A stretch of 64,000 bases of DNA from Squalus acanthias (taxonomy: Eukaryota): contig CM059429.1 in assembly GCA_030390025.1 (NCBI GenBank), positions 145,142,001 to 145,206,000 of the forward strand. Direction: 5' to 3'. Shown here one piece after another: positions 60,683 through 64,000 of this stretch (position 1 is the stretch's first letter; each line of letters opens with the position of its first letter). The translations under genes were made by a program, and so were the position numbers. Under the pieces are notes generated by a model. The model saw only the letters and a list, made by a program, of their open reading frames with translations, was not told where the DNA came from and searched no databases.

Positions 60683-63600
60683 GAGTTGCTAGTCCATGTG
60701 CTTGCTTTATTAGGCCAGAGCGAACTGAGCATGCTCATACTAAACCATGTGATAATACATTACACTGCTTTCCCTTAAAAAAAAGTATGTATTTCCCCTC
60801 TCAATAACAACAAAACTATGGTCCCGCCTTTCCCAGCATTACATGTACCACATAACAAAAACTCCTGGCTTTTTTTTTAAATGAACTACAAATCCTACAA
60901 TTGAACTACAAATCCAGTTTAATAACAGGTTTGCGGAGCCTTCCTGATCTCCTTAAAGAAGGTTTTGGTGTTGAACCAATTTACGGGCTGTTTTGCTTTG
61001 GTTCCGAACTCAAAGATGATCCTGTTTCTATCTCAGACTTGTTTGAACCTGATACTTCAGTTTCTGAAGTCTGAACTGAGTCAAACTCATGTATGTGTTC
61101 ATGATCAAGGGATTCAAGATTACACCTTGGCTCATTGATCTACATGAACACTTCGGATGTTGTCACCAATTTCAATCAAATATCTCTTGGTTCCACCAAC
61201 CTCTACTATGGTTCCTACATCCCAATTGTGTGAATTCGACTTGCCAGGGGGACTGAGAACACGAACACACTCGTTTTGTTTGAAACTGCGTTCTTTCTGA
61301 TTACTGTCATAATAACGTTTCTGACTCAACTGTTTCTGTTCAACTTTTGAGGCCAAATTTGGTTGAACAAGACTCAGTCGTGTTCTCAATCTCCTCTTCA
61401 TCAGGAGTTCTGCTGCGGTATATCCAGTTGTAGTGTACGGAGTAGTTCTGTACTTCAACAAGAAATTTGCCAAACGTTGCTTCATGCTGAGTCCCGAACA
61501 ACCCTGCAACACTTGCTTTTTGAGAGCTTCTTTCACTATTCTGACTGATCTTTCGGCTGCTCCATTTGAAGCTGGATGATATGGGGAACGAGAGTGTGTT
61601 TGATACCGTTCCACTTCATGAATTCTTGGAATAGAACTGAATGGAACTGAGGGCCATTGTCAGAAACAAGCTCGTCAGGTAAGCCATGACATGTGAAGAT
61701 AGACCTCAACTCATCTATGGTACATTCAGTTGTAGTATTTGAACCCATGTGTTTCACTTCAATCCACTTTGAGTGACTATCTACAAGTACCAGGAAATAA
61801 TTATTTGCTTTCTCACAGAAGTCTACATGTACTCTCTGAAAAGATCTATTTGGCCATGACCAGGGTTGTAGTGGAGTGTTCTGTGGTTTGTTTCTGCAAT
61901 TTTGGCAAACGCTGCATTTGCTGACAAGTGATTCAAGATCCAATCCAGGCCAATAAACAAAGCTTCTTGCGATTGATTTCATACTGACGATCCCTGGATG
62001 TTCAGTATGAAGTTCGGCCAAAATTCCATCTCTCAAAGAAGTAGGTACCACCACTCTGTTTCCCCAATTGATACAACCTTGCTCACAAGACAATTCAGTA
62101 CGACGGTTATGGAATGGTTTCAATTCTGTGTCCATACACTGATCAGTCCATCCATTCAAGGTGTTTTCATACACTCTTTTCAGTACAACCTCATCTGTAA
62201 TCTCAGTTGCATTCACGGGAAAGTCTTCGTCAACTGCACCTAGCGTGAAAATAGCACCTTCACTCCAAACACGTGAGTCTTCATGTGGCAACCAGGGCAA
62301 GGCATCTGCACTTGCGTTTTGTTTTGAAGTGCGATATTCAATCATGTAGTCATATTGTGACAACACTGCCCAGCGTTGCATTCTTGATGCGTCCATTGCG
62401 GAGATGGCAGATTGGGGCCCCAATATTGCTAGGAGCGGTTTGTGATCGGTTATCAGGGTAAACTTTCTGCCAATCAGGAACTGTTGGAATTTCTTGATTC
62501 CAAACACTATGGCGAGTGCTTCCTTTTCAATTTGCGCGTAGTTTCTTTCACTCTTTGTGAACGCAATTGGTTTCTCTTGGCTATCATCCATTACATGGCT
62601 TATGACATCTCCACACCATAGCTAGAAGCATCACACGCTAACTTAAGCTCACGCTCTGTGTCATAATGCACAAGTAGAGCATTGCTAGAGAGACTTCTCT
62701 TAGAAGCGTCATAAGCTTCCTGTTACACTTTTGTCCACTTCCACTGGACATCCTTCTTGAGGAGCTCGTGCAATGGAGCTCACATGCTCGCTAACTCAGG
62801 TAAGAAACATACGTAGTGCTGGCCTATTCAAAGGAAAGATCTTAATTCAGACATGTTCTGTGGCTTTGGAGCATTGATGACAGCATCAACCTTTTCCTTA
62901 ACTGGTTGCAAGCCATTTGCATCAACTTACAGACCAGGGTACACAACCCCAGGCTGCACAAAAGCACATTTGCTCCTTTTCAATTTGATATTCTGGGCAT
63001 TCAACCTTTGAAGCACTATATCTAACACTTCTAGATTTTCTTCCTCGCTGCTTGTTGCGATCAGCACATCGTCTTGATTGCATAAGCAATTTGGAACTCC
63101 TCGCAAAATCTTATCCATCGTAGCCTGGAAGATTTTGGGGGAGGACTTTACACCATATGGCAGCTTGGTGTATGAGTACAGTCCCATGTGTGTGTTGATA
63201 GTGAGATACTGTTGACTCTCTTTGTCAACATTCAGCTGAGCGTAAGCGTGCGACAGGTCAAGCTTGGAGAAAACCTTTGACCCAGAGAGTGCTGCATACA
63301 ATTCTTGCGATGTAGGTAATGGGTACTGCTCATCGTCAACTGCTTGGTTGATAGTAACTTTGTAGTCACCGCACAAGCGTACAGTTTTGTCTGCTTTGGG
63401 CACTACCACAATCGGGATAGCCCATTCACTTTTCCGTTTTTGCTAGCACTCCATTCTCTCTGAGCTTCGCTAGCTCTTCCTCCACCTGACTTTTCAACGC
63501 ACAGGGGACCAGCCTCGCCTTACAATAGACAGGCTTCGCATTGGACTTGATGCGGATATGCGCGTCATAGCCAGTGATGCCCTCATGAACATGCTTTCGT

Positions 63601-64000
63601 ATTTGTTCAGCATTGTGTCGAGTCATTTCTTTGAAGCATCTACACTGAAGATGTTTTTCCAGTCTAGTTTTAACTTTCTCAAGAGGGTTGACCTGTTGTT
63701 GTAGCTTGCTACAATAATAGGCCACTTTACTGACTGGCCATTGTGTTGAACTGTACATTCCATTTGTCCACATGTCTCTAGGATTTCTCTGGAGTAGGTT
63801 TTTAACTCTATGGTACTCTTTGTAAGTGGTACTTGATTAAACTTACTCTCATATGTGTCCTTGCTCATGATAGAGCAGTCTGCTGCCTTGTCGATACACA
63901 TATCAATATATTGGTCATTTTGTACGGAAGTCTTTCTCACGACTGCTAGCGTTGCCGCTCGTGGCATAGATAGTGTAGATGCCTAGTTCTTCAACATCAG
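60683..64000 (-). mobile_element. Decayed Ty3/Gypsy LTR retrotransposon (PR-RT-RH-IN), runs off the window
   Basis: VRLCGDYK, FSKLDLSHAY, LPYG, QDD (RT); YAQIEKEALA, TDHKPL (RNase H); H..HPG..C..C, VHVDF, VSDNGPQF, PYHPASNGAAER (IN). Polypurine tract AAGGGAAAGCAG then TG at 60764. Confidence 0.92.

Noticed and set aside
1-64000. CRISPR array or prokaryotic system
   Set aside because: No regularly spaced repeats or operon-like gene density. The sequence is intron- and retroelement-rich vertebrate DNA.

Overview
Repeat-rich, intron-containing vertebrate DNA, most likely from a cartilaginous fish. This is inferred from the repeat content: Deu-domain and V-domain SINEs, CR1/L2 LINEs and Penelope-like elements. 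Two spliced immunoglobulin-superfamily genes lie in tandem on the minus strand. (1) A complete 5-exon gene reconstructed by hand (47324-47261, 46129-45767, 43604-43299, 40169-40065, 31742-31603; all introns GT-AG, phase 1; 325 aa). It encodes signal peptide, a germline-joined VJ-type V domain with CD28-family hallmarks, a C1-set domain, an uncharged TM helix and a tail with an ITIM (VIYSLL). (2) About 27 kb downstream, the leader and IgV exons (4128-4071, 2874-2548) of a B7-family gene most like HHLA2/B7-H7, which apparently continues beyond the left edge. The most interesting hypothesis is a linked CD28-like inhibitory receptor and B7-like ligand pair, with an antigen-receptor-like V-C1 ectodomain. 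The rest is nested transposons: Penelope-like insertions with inverted 3' copies, 13-17 bp TSDs and nine minimal hammerhead ribozyme motifs (one in sense in the receptor's putative 3' UTR); Harbinger-type MITEs with 3-bp TSDs; CR1, L2 and CR1/Jockey-group LINEs; SINEs; and a decayed Gypsy element. All family assignments come from motif recognition, not database searches.
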